Assembly: GCF_009914755.1 (NCBI RefSeq)
Contig: NC_060936.1
Origin: the human T2T-CHM13v2.0 reference genome, Homo sapiens
Direction: 5' to 3' (one strand)
DNA length: 64,000 bases
The translations under genes were made by a program, and so were the position numbers. Positions 34,361 to 55,549 of the stretch are shown one piece after another. Each line of letters starts with the position of its first letter. Within the stretch, counting starts at the first letter, position 1. Under the pieces are notes generated by a model. It saw nothing but the letters and a program-made list of their open reading frames with translations, was not told the origin of the DNA and did not search any database.

Positions 34361-34413
34361 CTCACTTGGCCCAGTCCCATTAGCAGGAGTTTCTATCAAG
34401 CTGTGCAGAGACA
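34361..34413 (-). CDS. STAT6: STAT6 exon 6
   Basis: SLHSLIETPANGTGPSE; GAG|GTGAGT; 53 nt. Confidence 0.95.
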
Positions 34414-34525
34414 CTGAGGGTTGGGGGCAGAAATCAAGGGTGCAGACAGATTAGAGGTTCAGATAAGGTTGAGATCCAAGAGGCAACCACTCCTACACAC
34501 TCCCCAGAACCACCCTGGCCCCCAC

Positions 34526-34664
34526 CTTGGCCAGCCTCAGCCCCCTTCTGCAGGGCTTCTCGGAGAAGGTGGATCTCCCCTACTCGGTGCTGCAGCCTCC
34601 GCAAGCCTGTCTTAAACTTGAGTTCTTCCTGCTTCCAGTGGAAAGGCATTGGCAAGTGGCGGAA
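34526..34664 (-). CDS. STAT6: STAT6 exon 5
   Basis: [20 protein letters not shown]...AEAGQ; 139 nt. Confidence 0.96.
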
Positions 34665-35063
34665 CTACACAGGAAGGACAGATGCCAAGAAGTGAAACAC
34701 TCTGCTCATCCCTCTATACCTGGCCTCCACTCTCTGCTCTGCAGATAGCGTTTTCTTGTTCCCCTCTCCCCTTTGGCAGTTCTTCCTGACCTTTTGGAAT
34801 ATCGTGGAGATAAGACCTTGCTCCTAGCAGAATCAGCTCCTTATCCCTTGCTCTGTTCTCCCCGGCCTCTTACCTTCAGTCCCTCATAGAAAGATTCCCT
34901 GAGCTTGACTTGGGGTTCACTCTGACCCTAGGAACCTCCTTTGGTCATTCCTGGGCCTAGAACACTGAGCCTTTACTGAGGTTCAAATTCTTTCTAGTTT
35001 GTCATGGCTCAGGCCAAAGTCTCAGGGGATTGAGTTGGGGTGGGAGGTGGAATATCACAATAC

Positions 35064-35147
35064 CTGTTCCATAACAGCTTTTTTCTCTCCTTGAAGTATT
35101 TGTCTGAAAGTGGCCACCAGCTTCAGGGGGTCCCTCTGATATATGCT
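35064..35147 (-). CDS. STAT6: STAT6 exon 4
   Basis: [28 protein letters not shown]; 84 nt. Confidence 0.96.
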
Positions 35148-35437
35148 CTACAGAAATGAGGGTGGTAAACAGTGAGCTTTGCTCTTACCCATGTCCTTCA
35201 ATCCCTCCAATCCCCAGGCCTGCATTCACACATATACTATAAGGAAGCACAACTGTAGACTCCAGAAGTTTTTGTGCATTTGCATGCTTTTAAAATCTAA
35301 TTTGCCTGCTAGCTAGCAGTTAACCACAGGAACACCAATTTGCTTCCAGCATCCAACCAATTTTCTTCCAGGGCCCAATGCTCAACCCAGTTCAACCTCA
35401 GCCCCACCCAGCCTTGTCCCCTCCCCTCCTGCCCCAC

Positions 35438-35576
35438 CTCAAGGGTGCTGATGTGTTGCAAGATGGTGCTCCCCTCCCCCTGCTCTCCCACCGAGGCCTG
35501 AAGGTGCTGGACAGTGTCTGAAAGTAGGGCACTAGCCAAGTTGCAGCAGAAGGCGTCGGAGCCGACCAGGAACTCC
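35438..35576 (-). CDS. STAT6: STAT6 exon 3
   Basis: [24 protein letters not shown]...ISTLE; 139 nt. Confidence 0.96.
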
Positions 35577-35995
35577 CTGCAGGAAGATCAGGATGAGGCT
35601 ACCTCAGGCCAGGGCTTCCTCAGCTCTCCTGACCCTTTACCCCACAGCCAAAAGCTCAGCAGTTCCTTTCTCGCTCCTTATTCTCCATCTAGGCCCTCTG
35701 TAGCTTTCACCCATGCGCCTTGTTTCCCAGTCTTCTAGCTGTTATGAGAAGTGCCTTTGTCCCAGCCCAAACCCCCCTCCTCTTCGGCTCAGCCTCCTAA
35801 GAGATGGGGTCTCCATCTGTCAACATTCATAGCCTGGTCTTGATGGGGCACAGACTCCCTGCTAAATCTAGGTCACTACACATGGAATAACAGGTCTCAA
35901 GTTCTGAATCCATGGGTGAGGGGAGAAAAATCTAAGGAGAAGGAAGATGAGTTAGGGAAGACTTGGGGGACCAGCAGGGAGCAGCCAGGACTCAC

Positions 35996-36111
35996 CAGGG
36001 CTGGCTCTCCAGCCAGTCACCCAGAAGATGCCGCAGGTGTTGGGGAAAGTCGACATAGAGCCGCTGCACTTTTTCTGGGGGCATCTTGGAGACCAGACCC
36101 CACAGAGACAT
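35996..36111 (-). CDS. STAT6: STAT6 exon 2 coding part (exon starts at 36132 with a 21-nt leader)
   Basis: [38 protein letters not shown](W); acceptor ctccAG|GCAACC; donor TG|GTGAGT; 116 nt. Confidence 0.97.
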
Positions 36112-36749
36112 GATCTGGGACTTGGAGGTTGCCTGGAGGAGAAAAATAAGGCCACTCTGAGGGGTGCCCAAGAAACTTGGCCTATCTCCTGGGGCAGCCA
36201 GGGACCTCCCATAGATAGCCCTCCTAGGGACCGTCCCCACCACCACTCATGGCCAGACCACCTTAAACCAGGGGCATCCTGAGTCAATGCCTGAGATGGG
36301 GGTAACTCCTTCAGTGATAGACACAGGGGTGGGAAGAGCTGAGCTGTAGCCAGAGGGATGGGGAGGCAAAGGGAGACAGGGCAGTAGAGCGAGAGCTCTC
36401 TTAGAGTGGCAGAGGATTTAGTTGCAGCTCTAGACCTGGCTCTGGTTCTGTGGGCAAAGAGCCTTCCCTTTGTGGGCTTCGATCTTCTCATCTATAAAAT
36501 ATGAGTGTTAGATGAGTGGAAAACTTTCCAAACTTTTTAAAGCGGTAGGCAATGTCAGCTTTTAATCTGTGGAATCTCAATTACATAAAAGGTACGAAAC
36601 CGAAGATGCCCTGTTGAAAGCAAGCATGGAAAGCCTGAAACTCGACTGCTTCTACTTCCCTCTCCCCACCTCCTGACGCCAAAGGCATCCCTAGACAAAC
36701 CTCTCAAAATTCTAGGACTCCATGAGATAATTTGAAAACCACAAGGCTC

Positions 36750-37118
<369 letters not shown>

Positions 37119-38149
37119 CTACTATTTGTTAAGCACTTACTGTGTATGAGGCATTACACTCAGTGTATTATCTCCTTCAGGCCTCACGACACTTTTTAAA
37201 ATATATAATATCCCATTTTATAGATGAAGAAACTGAGGCTTAAGGAGTTTCTCTACTCTGCCCAAGGCCACTCAGTAAGTGAGTTTGGAAAGCAGGCTTT
37301 GAATCTGAGTGGGGATTAACCATCGCACTGTGTTGTTAGGATCCCTTCCAGGGGCAAATCTGATCATCCTAAGAAGTGGGGGAAGGTGGGAGGAGACTTG
37401 AAGGAGGAGAGGTGGAAAAGGAAAGTAGAGAGAACTAAGGAAGAGGATGGAAGAGACTGGAAAAAAGGCGGGTTTAGTAAGCTAGGAGGAAAGAGCCTAG
37501 AAGAGAGAGGAAGCTGGAGGGCTAGAAGGCAAAGATGAGAGACGAAAACAGGTAGAAAGGAGAGGAGGGGACAGGGAAGTAGAAGAGGGGGTTGCATCCC
37601 CATTTCCAGGTTCAGGGAGGACTGGGTAACCAGTGGTTTCCCAGGGGCCTCTCAGTTCACGTTTCTCATAATATCCCTCTCCCAGAGATGAGGGAGAGGA
37701 TGGGATGACAACTCCCCAGGTCTCCCCAAACCCAGTAACCCCAAGTCCTCCTGTTGCACGTTCAGCCTCTCACCTCTCCCAGGCCTCTCAGAGGGATGGA
37801 AAATGGAGAGGTCCCTTCTCTGGACGTTTCTGCTCCAAGACCTTCATGCCCCTCTTTCCTCCAGTGCCCACTTACCCCAGCTCTTTTCTCCTCAAGGCAG
37901 AATCCTTACCCCTCCTGCTCAGGTTCCTCCAATAGGCCTTTCTCTAGCCCAAGAGAGAAAGGTCCTCTGGAGTGAGTGGGCACCGCTTTCCTCTGCATCC
38001 CCTTGCAGAGTGACCAGCCTCCTGGCATGGCCCTGGCTAGAAATATCCAACCCCTCTTCTTCCCCAGCCATCAGGAGGACACATTTCTCCCCACCCCAAC
38101 CCATAACAAGGCTGGGTCGATTGGCTTGACCAGGACAGGGGCACCTTTT

Positions 38150-38550
38150 GTCTTCAGCCCCTTGAAGGGGAAGGGAGGGAGGAGCCACGGCGTGAGGGGC
38201 GGGGCCAGTGTTACCTCCCAAACTCAGAAGGGAAGCGCAAGGTCTGGGATCCTCGTCCGCCCGCTTGGTGGCCTAAACTCGCTTATCTCAACCCCTATCT
38301 GCCCGAGTCCTCTGATTGTGGGACCACAGGATCGAAAGTTAAAACAGCTTCTCTGAGTTGCCCAATGCGTGAATGTGGCGGTGGGGGCAGGCGGGGAGGT
38401 GGAGCCAGTTCAGCACGAGGAGGGTTAACTCGGCGCCGCCGCTGGGAAATCTCAGCGTCTACAGCAGCCAAGCGTGGAGCAGTTTTGAGGGGGAAATTCC
38501 CCCTCGTCTGGGCCACCATGAGGTCTACATCTGGGGCTTGCTCACGCCCC
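38150..38550 (-). promoter_or_regulatory. STAT6: CpG-rich element in STAT6 intron 1 (candidate alternative promoter) with NF-kB site
   Basis: GGGAAATTCC 38491-38500; GC box ~38196-38205; minus-strand donor GAG|GTAACA at 38215/38214. Confidence 0.6.
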
Positions 38551-38961
38551 AGCCACACCCTTGAACAGGAACCTTTAGTGGAGGGCAGGATAGGGGTTTA
38601 ACAAGGATCCACTGCCCTCTGGCATCAACCTTCCAGGGAGGGGCGGCCACTTCCCCCGACTCAGGGCAGAGGGGCACTCCTTCACCTCCTTTCCCTGACT
38701 TTCCATGGCCCTGGGGGTGCAGGGGTGAGGCTGTGAAAACGTGACCCATGGGGGAGGGGAGTACTGAGGCCTGGACCCTCCCAGATTCCTCCAGGAGTTC
38801 GAAACTGCTAAAACCCAGTGCCACCAGCCACCAACACTAGCTGAAACCATCTCTTGGGGACCATCCACCCAGCCAGGGGAGGATCCCGAGAGCTCCCCCC
38901 ACGAATCCACCCCCATGCACTCATAGAGGCCCCCGCACCCACCTCGGAGGCAACCCCTCAC

Positions 38962-39114
38962 CTCGGCAACCCCTCTGCTGTCTTCTCCCTTTCTCAGCGG
39001 GCACTTCCAGGCCCCATAGGTCTGTAGCTCTGTCCAGCGAGTTCAAGGCTGGCCCTGCTAGCACCTCCCCCCTTCCACCACCACCACCAAAAAGAAAAAT
39101 AAGATAAAGCACAC

Positions 39115-39154
<40 letters not shown>

Positions 39155-39250
39155 CTCTCCCGTCCTCCCTCTTCAGTGTAAGCAGTGGCTGCCCCAGCCC
39201 GCTGTTTCCGGCTTCTCCTTCTACCCAGGTCCCTCCCTGGAGCTCTGACG
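38962..39250 (-). other. STAT6: STAT6 non-coding exon 1 (TSS approximate)
   Basis: Donor CCGAG|GTGAGG at 38962/38961; contains the known (GT)n 5'UTR repeat; ETS motif CCGGAAA at ~39205-39211. Confidence 0.8.
39123..39152. repeat. (AC)15/(GT)15 microsatellite in STAT6 exon 1
   Basis: Counted directly; a known polymorphic STAT6 5'UTR GT repeat. Confidence 0.95.
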
Positions 39251-39977
39251 ACACAGAGAAGAGAAAGTGGGCTGGAGGAGGAAGAGGAAGAAAGTGGGGT
39301 GAATATGTGTGCCTCCTGTGCCGAGTGGGGGAACACGTGGGGGATCAGGACTGGGGTCCAGGCCTTGGAGCCAGGCTTGGGGGGAGGCTGACCCCCACTT
39401 ACTCTGTCCCCCTCAAAAGCATCAGCTTTTCTCCAGAAAGTCACCCAATATCAAACAGAGATTTGCCACCCCTAACTGCCTGGCTCCCAAACTCAAACTC
39501 TGCCAAGGGCTGGGGTTTGGACCCACAAGGGACTGGGCTCCCCAGGGCCTCAGGAAAAGTAAATCCCTCTGGACTCTGCGCTCCCTCCAGTGGAGGACCC
39601 TAAAAAGCCGCCAGGGAGCTCGATGCCAGCCAACTCCTAGGTCCCCCTCCCTTCCGGCAGGGAACGCCTTAGAGGTCGGTCTCGTGACCACTGACGGGAG
39701 GGAGTGGGGGAGGGGAACCCTCAGCTCAGAATTCTGGAAGACTCTAGGAGTCCCTTGGACTGAAGCTGGTCTTTGCTCTCTCCTCACAGGGCACCCCTCC
39801 TGAGACTGTGGTGGGAACCAGCACAAGCCGGAGCTGCTGCCTGCAGATTCACAAGGGGCAAGTTTGAATACGAATCTGCTGTGTTCCTATCTGCCAAGTT
39901 CCTATATGTTTCTGGGGTAAACACTGAGACACGCCAAGAAACAAACACACACATGCACAACTTCCCTGACCACAAGA

Positions 39978-39979
<2 letters not shown>

Positions 39980-40015
<36 letters not shown>

Positions 40016-40053
40016 AGGCAGGCTCACAAACAGAGCCCATTGCAATCACAACA

Positions 40054-40100
<47 letters not shown>
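39980..40100. repeat. Two (CA)n tracts upstream of STAT6: (AC)16 at 39980-40011 and (CA)23 at 40055-40100
   Basis: Seen directly. Confidence 0.95.
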
Positions 40101-40102
<2 letters not shown>

Positions 40103-40327
40103 CTTGCTCAACTTCTGAGTCATCAACATAACTAGTGGAGGGTTCTGCAGTTTTTGCTGGGGGAGGAGCTGGAGGAGACCAAGGGATCCAGAGAGGCCTT
40201 TACTCCCGGACACCTGAGAGCCCCGGTGTGTGGAAGAGGTGGTGTCTGAGGGGCGGTGGGAGGAAGTTTCTACTCCCCTCCTCCCTCCCATAGCAGGGGC
40301 TGGGCTGAGGGGCCAAAGCTAGGCCTA

Positions 40328-40346
40328 TGCTGCCCCCTGGTGCCTG
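40328..40346 (-). promoter_or_regulatory. CTCF-like motif, reverse orientation
   Basis: Minus strand CAGGCACCAGGGGGCAGCA resembles the CTCF core CCACCAGGGGGCGC. Confidence 0.6.
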
Positions 40347-41499
40347 AATTGATTTCCAGAACCAGCTCCTCCTCCTCCATCCCTTGCTACCCCGCAGGTC
40401 TGTGCATGAGTGCACGTGTGTGGACCCAGCCAGGCAGCAGAGGGTTTGAACACAGCAAAATATAGCAGTTAAAAGACTGGACTGTGGATACAGGCTGCTT
40501 GGGTTCAAATCCTGCTAATGCTGCTAACCACACAACCCTGAGCAATTTACTCTGTGATTCATTCTCGTCATCTGTAAAATGGAGCAAATAAGTCTTAACC
40601 CATAATGTGAGAATAAAATGCAGTAAAACATCTGAAGGCTTAGAACAATGCCTGACACACAGTAACTGTCAGGCACTATTTTTATGGTTCATAATAAACC
40701 AGGTATGAGGAAAGGAGAAGGGTCTCCATCCTACATAGAAGTCCCCAGATTTGGGGGTCATGTTACTGCCAAAAGGATATTGAGGGTGTATGTGCGTATG
40801 TGTTTGCTGTGTCTGCAGGACAGTGAATGGAAGAGAAGGGAGAGCAGGGGTGGAGGTGGCAGGCAGGGACTCTGTCCATTGGCTTGTCCAACAAGCCATG
40901 CTAGGATCAAGGTGTGTGCACATACGTGTTCACGGCACACGTGCTTTGTATGTGCTCCCGAGTGCCCACTCTGCCTGCAGACATCCACAGACAGTAGGTG
41001 AAGCCAGGTTTCACCATCTAAGGGTGTCAGAGCTACAAGTCCCCAAAGACTTGGAGAGGAGGAGGGAAAAGAGTAAATGTGATCTCTGACTTTGGCTCCT
41101 TTTAGGGGGTAGGAAGGCGAGGAGCAAGTACTGGTAGAAAAATAGTATATATTACTCCCTCTGTAACTGACTATACCAATGGGAACACTGTGATGTAAGG
41201 GGAAAAAACAGAATTTAGAGGCAAATCTGGCTTGGGTATGACTCCATTTAGGAGGTTCACAATCAGGTGTCAATCCCTCAAATGAGAATAATAGTTATAC
41301 CTACTTCAACAGAGTCTAGGCTAGGGTAAAGTGCCTAGAGTATGAAATTTAAGGAGATACTCATCTTCAGATTGTACAATTGCAGGGTCTGTCAGACCTT
41401 CATTAATGACATCTGCACCTGCATGACTGTGAGGGTGACTGTATCACCCTCCCCTGGACCTTGACATCCCATTGAGTGGTGGTAAAGATTGCACAAGAG

Positions 41500-41842
<343 letters not shown>

Positions 41843-41900
41843 TTATGTCTATGTACTGCTGGTTACAACCCAATAGTGAGTCACAAAATCGATTTGGTGA

Positions 41901-42311
41901 GTGTATCAGTTTGCTAGGGCTGCTGTAACAAAGTACTACATATTGCATGACTTAAACAACAGAAATCTCTCAAGATGCTGGAGGCTAGAAGTCCAAGATC
42001 AAGGTTAACCTGAGCAGGATTGATTGATTCCTTCTCAGGGATGTGAAGGAAGGCTCTATTCCAGGCCTCCCTCCTTGGCCATTTTCACGTTCACACACTG
42101 TTCTCTTTGTATGCAAGTCAGTCTCCAAGTTTCCCCTTTTTTCAAGGATACCAGTCATATTGCATTAGGCCCCATCCTAATGGCCTCATTTTAACTTAAT
42201 TACCTCTGTAAAGACCCTATAAGGGGGTCCTTCAAAATAAGGTCACGTCCTGAAGTACTTGAGATTAGGACTTCAAGAGAATTTTTGAGGAACACAACTC
42301 AGCCCATAACA
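41901..42311 (-). mobile_element. MaLR solo LTR (MLT1-type)
   Basis: tgtatcagtttgctagggctgctgtaacaaagtac...ggaggctagaagtccaagatcaagg...cagcccataaca. Confidence 0.8.
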
Positions 42312-42317
42312 GCATCT

Positions 42318-45437
<3,120 letters not shown>

Positions 45438-45584
45438 AAAGACTTCACGGATAAAGTGACCAGGACATCAGTGGATAACAGCAAAAATAATAACTAACAC
45501 TTAGTGGGGCTTTATGTGTTACTTCAATTCTTACTCTAAAATTGAAGCACTGTACTTTTTATCCTACAATAATACTATGAGCTA

Positions 45585-45766
45585 GAACTATGTGCCCACT
45601 ACAGTAGCTACTAACCACTTGTGGCTATTTCAATTTTAAAATTCAATGCCTCTGATGTATCAGCCACATTTCAAATGTGCAATAGCCATGTATGACTTGT
45701 GGCTACTATATTAAAACAGACACGGGGCATTTCCATCATCACAGAAAATTCTATTGGATAGTGCTG
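45585..45766. mobile_element. MER3-like hAT DNA transposon inside a MIR
   Basis: cagtagctactaaccacttgtggcta...catttccatcatcacagaaaattctattggatagtgctg. Confidence 0.75.
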
Positions 45767-45969
45767 ATAACCCTCATTTTACAAATGAGGAAACTGGCAT
45801 GGAAAACTCAGCAACTTGCTCAAGGCTAAGGTGAGAGAGCTGGGATTCAAATCCAGTTAGTTTGGCACCAGAAATGTTGCCCTTAAGCCCTATGTTGCAC
45901 ATCCCAATGGAAGGTGAAATAGTTGGCTCTTAAAGGAAGAGGAATTTGATGTGACTACTGAGGCAAGCA

Positions 45970-46385
45970 CTGGTGGTGCCTATTCAGCAGCCAAGCTTTT
46001 CTCCCTTGCTAGCAAAGTCTGGATTTCACACAGGTGTCCCCCTCCTATGTATTCACGGGGTGAATCTAATTGGCATAGCCAATCACAGTATTTCTATTCC
46101 CTTGGCCAGTGACCCAATCCTGGCCAATAGGACTTAGGGGGCTTCTGGGAAAGATTTTGTTCTTCTTCAGTGCCATGTTCACTTTTAGGATTGGAATAGC
46201 TGCAACCACGTTGCAACTGGGAGGGGAGATACCACCAACCAATGAGGATAAAGTATGAGTGTGAAGAGGTGGAAAACCTTTGATGAATCAACCAGCCCTG
46301 GACCTGCTATAAAACTCCTCATTGTTGAGCCTGCTTTAATTGGGTCTTCCATTACTTGCTGCTAAATGCATCCCTAACTAAGACC
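45970..46385 (+). mobile_element. Old MaLR LTR (MLT1J/K-like)
   Basis: gacccaatcctggccaat...ggcttctgggaaag...ttacttgctgctaaatgcatccctaact. Confidence 0.6.
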
Positions 46386-47389
46386 ATGGTGAAGCTATAT
46401 CGCCACAGGAAATGGAGACTCCAGGGTGGGCTGCCTGCCCATCCTCCCACTACCACCCGCCCTATACACTTGAGAGAATAAGCGATACCTCATTAAAGGA
46501 GGAATGTTCTCAAGGAAGGATCAGGTTCCAGACAAGCCAAGAGGGGCCAGGATAATGTGAGCCAGGGGTGGCCCCAGGCTTCAAGCAAGGAGATGGGTGG
46601 AGAGCAGTATAACAGTGTTAGGAGGAGGAAGGACTGGACTTAGTGGAGAAGGATGGATGCCAATCAAGGCCTGCCAAGGATGACAGGATGTGAGCAATGG
46701 TGGAGTCAGCTGATCTCAAGGCTTCAAATGGAGCCCTCAGGCTGTCAGAGGCTTACTGTGGCCAACCGACCTTTACTTCACAGAAGGACAAGTTAGCCAT
46801 CCTGGTGAATGGGCAAAGTCAAGCAGCTCTGGATGGAGTCAGCTGTGGTCAGGATTGTGCCTCTGCAAGGAAATCTCAGTTCTCTAATTACTGTCTTGCC
46901 TCTCTCCCTTCCCCTGTGCAGCCAAGCATCTTGGGAAAATTATTCATATTCAGTCTTCTCTTCCTTACTTCCTCATTACACTGCCAGCTGGCTGCTGCCC
47001 CCACCAGTCATGAAACTGTCCTGGCCCATGTCACATACACCCTCCTAGGGGCCTTGAATGATGGCACATTCCTGTCTTTCTCTTGCTGGGCCTTTCAGCA
47101 GTACTCAACACTGTTAGCCATTCTTGAGTAAGTTCTCCCCCAACTACTTTTCATGATTCCTTTCTTGGTCTTCGGCCTACCTCTCTGCGTCCTCCCTCTC
47201 AGTCTCCTGTCTTCACGGGACACTCTTTCTGTGTGATCTCATCCACATCTGAGGCTCCACAGCCTGGGCAAGGCTATGTAGTATGGTGATTAAAACCTTG
47301 GCCGCTGGCAGACCACCTGTGTTCAAATCTCTGCCCTACCAGGTGGTTGCTTTGTAATACCCAAACTTCTATCAAGATGTGGATCATTA

Positions 47390-51320
<3,931 letters not shown>

Positions 51321-51479
51321 CTGGGATTTTTAAAAACTCTCCAGGTGATTCTAATGTGAGCCAAATTTTCTAGACTCAGATTTCTCTGTCACTATCTTCA
51401 GGCCTATACAGTTAACTGGTTAGTATACTAGATCCTACTTCTTTATTGTTTCTGAATCCTCTTCCTCTCCAGCTCCATC

Positions 51480-52030
51480 ACTCATGCATTAAGGACTTCA
51501 CCAATTTCTCAACTGGCTCTACACTACTTCTAGAAAAAAAATTCTAAGTCCTTACTGTGGCTAAAATCACGCTTTGTGATTAGGCTTTCTGATACTTCAT
51601 CCAACACTCTCCCCTCAAAGTACCTTAAACTTCAGCTATGATACCATATTTGATGTTCTTCACATGTTTTAAACTTCTCATGCCTCCAATGCCTTTCCTG
51701 CCATCCAGCCTAAAACACCCTTTCCTTTTGTTATTGGTTGTCATTTTCTTCCTCTCATTCAACATTTAGCCTGGCATCATCTGCTGCTCTCTGTCTTGAC
51801 CACCTTGTCTGGAAGAGGTATCCTTCCCATGTTCCCATGCCCTTCTGCACATGCCTTCATCACAGGTGTTAAGGAACTGACTGTATTGTCATTGTCTGTC
51901 TCTTGTTGAGCACCCAGCTAACCTGAAAGCTTCTTGAAGGCTGAGACTGTGTGTTTCCGTCTCTTATCCCTAGTGCCTAGCAATGTACTTGCTTATACGA
52001 GGTACCTAATATTTTTATTAAGTGAATGAA
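51480..52030 (+). mobile_element. L2 3' fragment
   Basis: aagcttcttgaaggctgagactgtg...tagtgcctagcaatg...gtgaatgaa. Confidence 0.65.
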
Positions 52031-52923
52031 ATCTGGGCTTGGATCTGCACCATTATTTGGGACAGATTCTTTAATCTCTCAGAACATTCTATTTTCTTAT
52101 ACACACTGGAAATAACACCCATGACAAAAGGTAGACTTAAGTGAGCTGATACTGTAAATAAAGTCCACTGCGTGGGCCTGGGACATGGTATGCGCTCAAT
52201 AAATACTGGTCCTTTTCCCTCTCTCCGCCTGCCATCAGACCTTTCCGGGATACCCTTCCTACGCACACTTCCTTAACTGACCACTAGGTGGTGCTAGCCT
52301 CTGGCTTGACATTCAGTTCCAGAGCTACCCAATTAACGCCCCAGCCCAGGCCCTGCTATACTCAGAAAAGGCGGGTATTTTGTAATTTGCTGAGCGACCC
52401 GAAAAAAGAGATGCCCTTTACCCACACTAGCTTCTTTGCCCTCATCACCATTCCAGGTATCAATCATGAATTTCAGAGAATTCCTCCATGATTCCCTACT
52501 ATTATGGTTATAATCTCAACCCAAGGATTTGAAGATGCCTCTTAAGAACAGATGTGGGGAGGAAGAGAAGGCACTGAGGCAGAGAGGATTAAACAATGAA
52601 TGCTATAAGAGAAATAGAGGGAAGAAGATGCTTGAAGTCACATCCTGTTCCAGGAAAGGCAACTCTAGTCCTAACATTCCTTTCACCAATCAAGAGCCTC
52701 TCACGCTGGGTGGAAACGAAGAAGAAAAAGACATGGTCCCTGCCCTCAAGGAGTATATAGTCTAGTGGTGGATACAGAGCCCACAAAATAAAGTGCTAAA
52801 CTCTGGATACTGAAGCTTTCCTGAATACAAGTTTGGAACAGGAGAGATAGGCAGAGCGAGAATAACAGGAGGGCTTTTCTGAGGAGGGTAGAGGAGCAGG
52901 GGAACTGTATCATTAATGGCTCA

Positions 52924-54140
<1,217 letters not shown>

Positions 54141-55206
54141 GGGCGGGGGGGAAACCTCTGCTGGTAGGGGAGACCTGAAGAACTGTTAGTAGAAGTTACT
54201 CTGAGGGTGCAGCTGAAAAATGGGGGTGTGGAGAGCATCAAGTTTCCTTTTACTTTTTACCTTCCTGTACTTTTTTTAACCACTAGGTATTATCTTTTCT
54301 TTCTTTCTTTTTTTTTTAACAATATAAAGTTAATAAAAATACACATTCACATTCAGGAGACAGCAGGGGATGGGAGGTTGCAAGTGAGAAGTGCATGCTG
54401 ACTGAGGCCAGGTTTTGGAAAGCCATGACTGAAGAGGAGTTCACATTTGACTGGTCTATAGACACCCACTAGAGGTTCCCCAGCAAGGAAGAGACACCGG
54501 GAAAGCAGTTTTTGGAAGATTCACCTGACAGATGGGTAGGGGGAGGGAGGAAAGCCCCTTCAAGCCCTCAGGCTACATGTGGTTGCTCCAGATACCGTTT
54601 TCCTCTCAAAGCTGTCAAGCTGTCTAAAGTCTGTTTCGACCTGATTTCACTTGGATCCCAATACTGGGAGGGGCCCTGGGAGGAACCTCGTAGGCATTTG
54701 GTGAGTCCGCATAGTGCGTCTCACATTGTGTTGGGCCATGGGAGCTGGATAAAAGGAGAAATAAGACCCCGTTCCTGCCTGGAGCAACTCTCTGGCAGTG
54801 GAAATGGAGGAAATCTGAGATATACTTCAGAGGAAAAAAATGACAAGCCTGGAGCACAGGCTGGCAAGATTGGATATAGGAAGGAAAGGCCCCCTTGAGT
54901 TGGCATAAAGTCTGAGGTTTCTAGCCCAGGAGACTAAAGGCAGGTGGCCACCGCGCTGAGCAAAGCCGGCTGGAAGAAGCTAAAGGTTGAGCTCACTGTC
55001 ATTAGGAGGCAAGTCCTTCGTGCTGCTCCTGTTTCTGCCAAGGACAGACTGGAGTGGGGACTTTTCCGTAACTAGAACGTAAAAGGGGGAACAGTCCCTC
55101 CTCTCCAGCGTCAATTTTTGGCAGCCGACGTCGTCTGCCCCGCTCCTTGAACTCTGACATGCAGACACCTAGAAAGTCAGACACTAAGGTAACAGCCATA
55201 AAACGC

Positions 55207-55225
55207 CGCCCAGAAGGGGGCAGTG
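55207..55225 (+). promoter_or_regulatory. CTCF-like motif, forward orientation
   Basis: CGCCCAGAAGGGGGCAGTG resembles the CTCF core. Confidence 0.55.
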
Positions 55226-55549
55226 ACCAAAAGCACGTTCACTGGCCCCTGGGAACCGCCTGGCGCCTGCCTTCTGCAAAGTATCATTCCCGTGTGGGCT
55301 GAGCCTGGGGACAAAGGTCCGGCGCTCAGCAGACACCTCCTTGGAACCCGAGGCCTGGAAACGAAGGTCCAGAGTCCCTCATCTTATTCCAAATCCTGGC
55401 GCTCGGAATCTAAAACCCTAACTTGATGGCAAGCCAGTCAGAAGGTATTAAAAAAAAAAAAAAAAAAAAAAACAGAAAAATAAATGAGCCCCGACTTCTT
55501 GGGCGAAAGGGGGTGGCCTTTCCTCAACCCCACCCGCTGGTGACTCACC

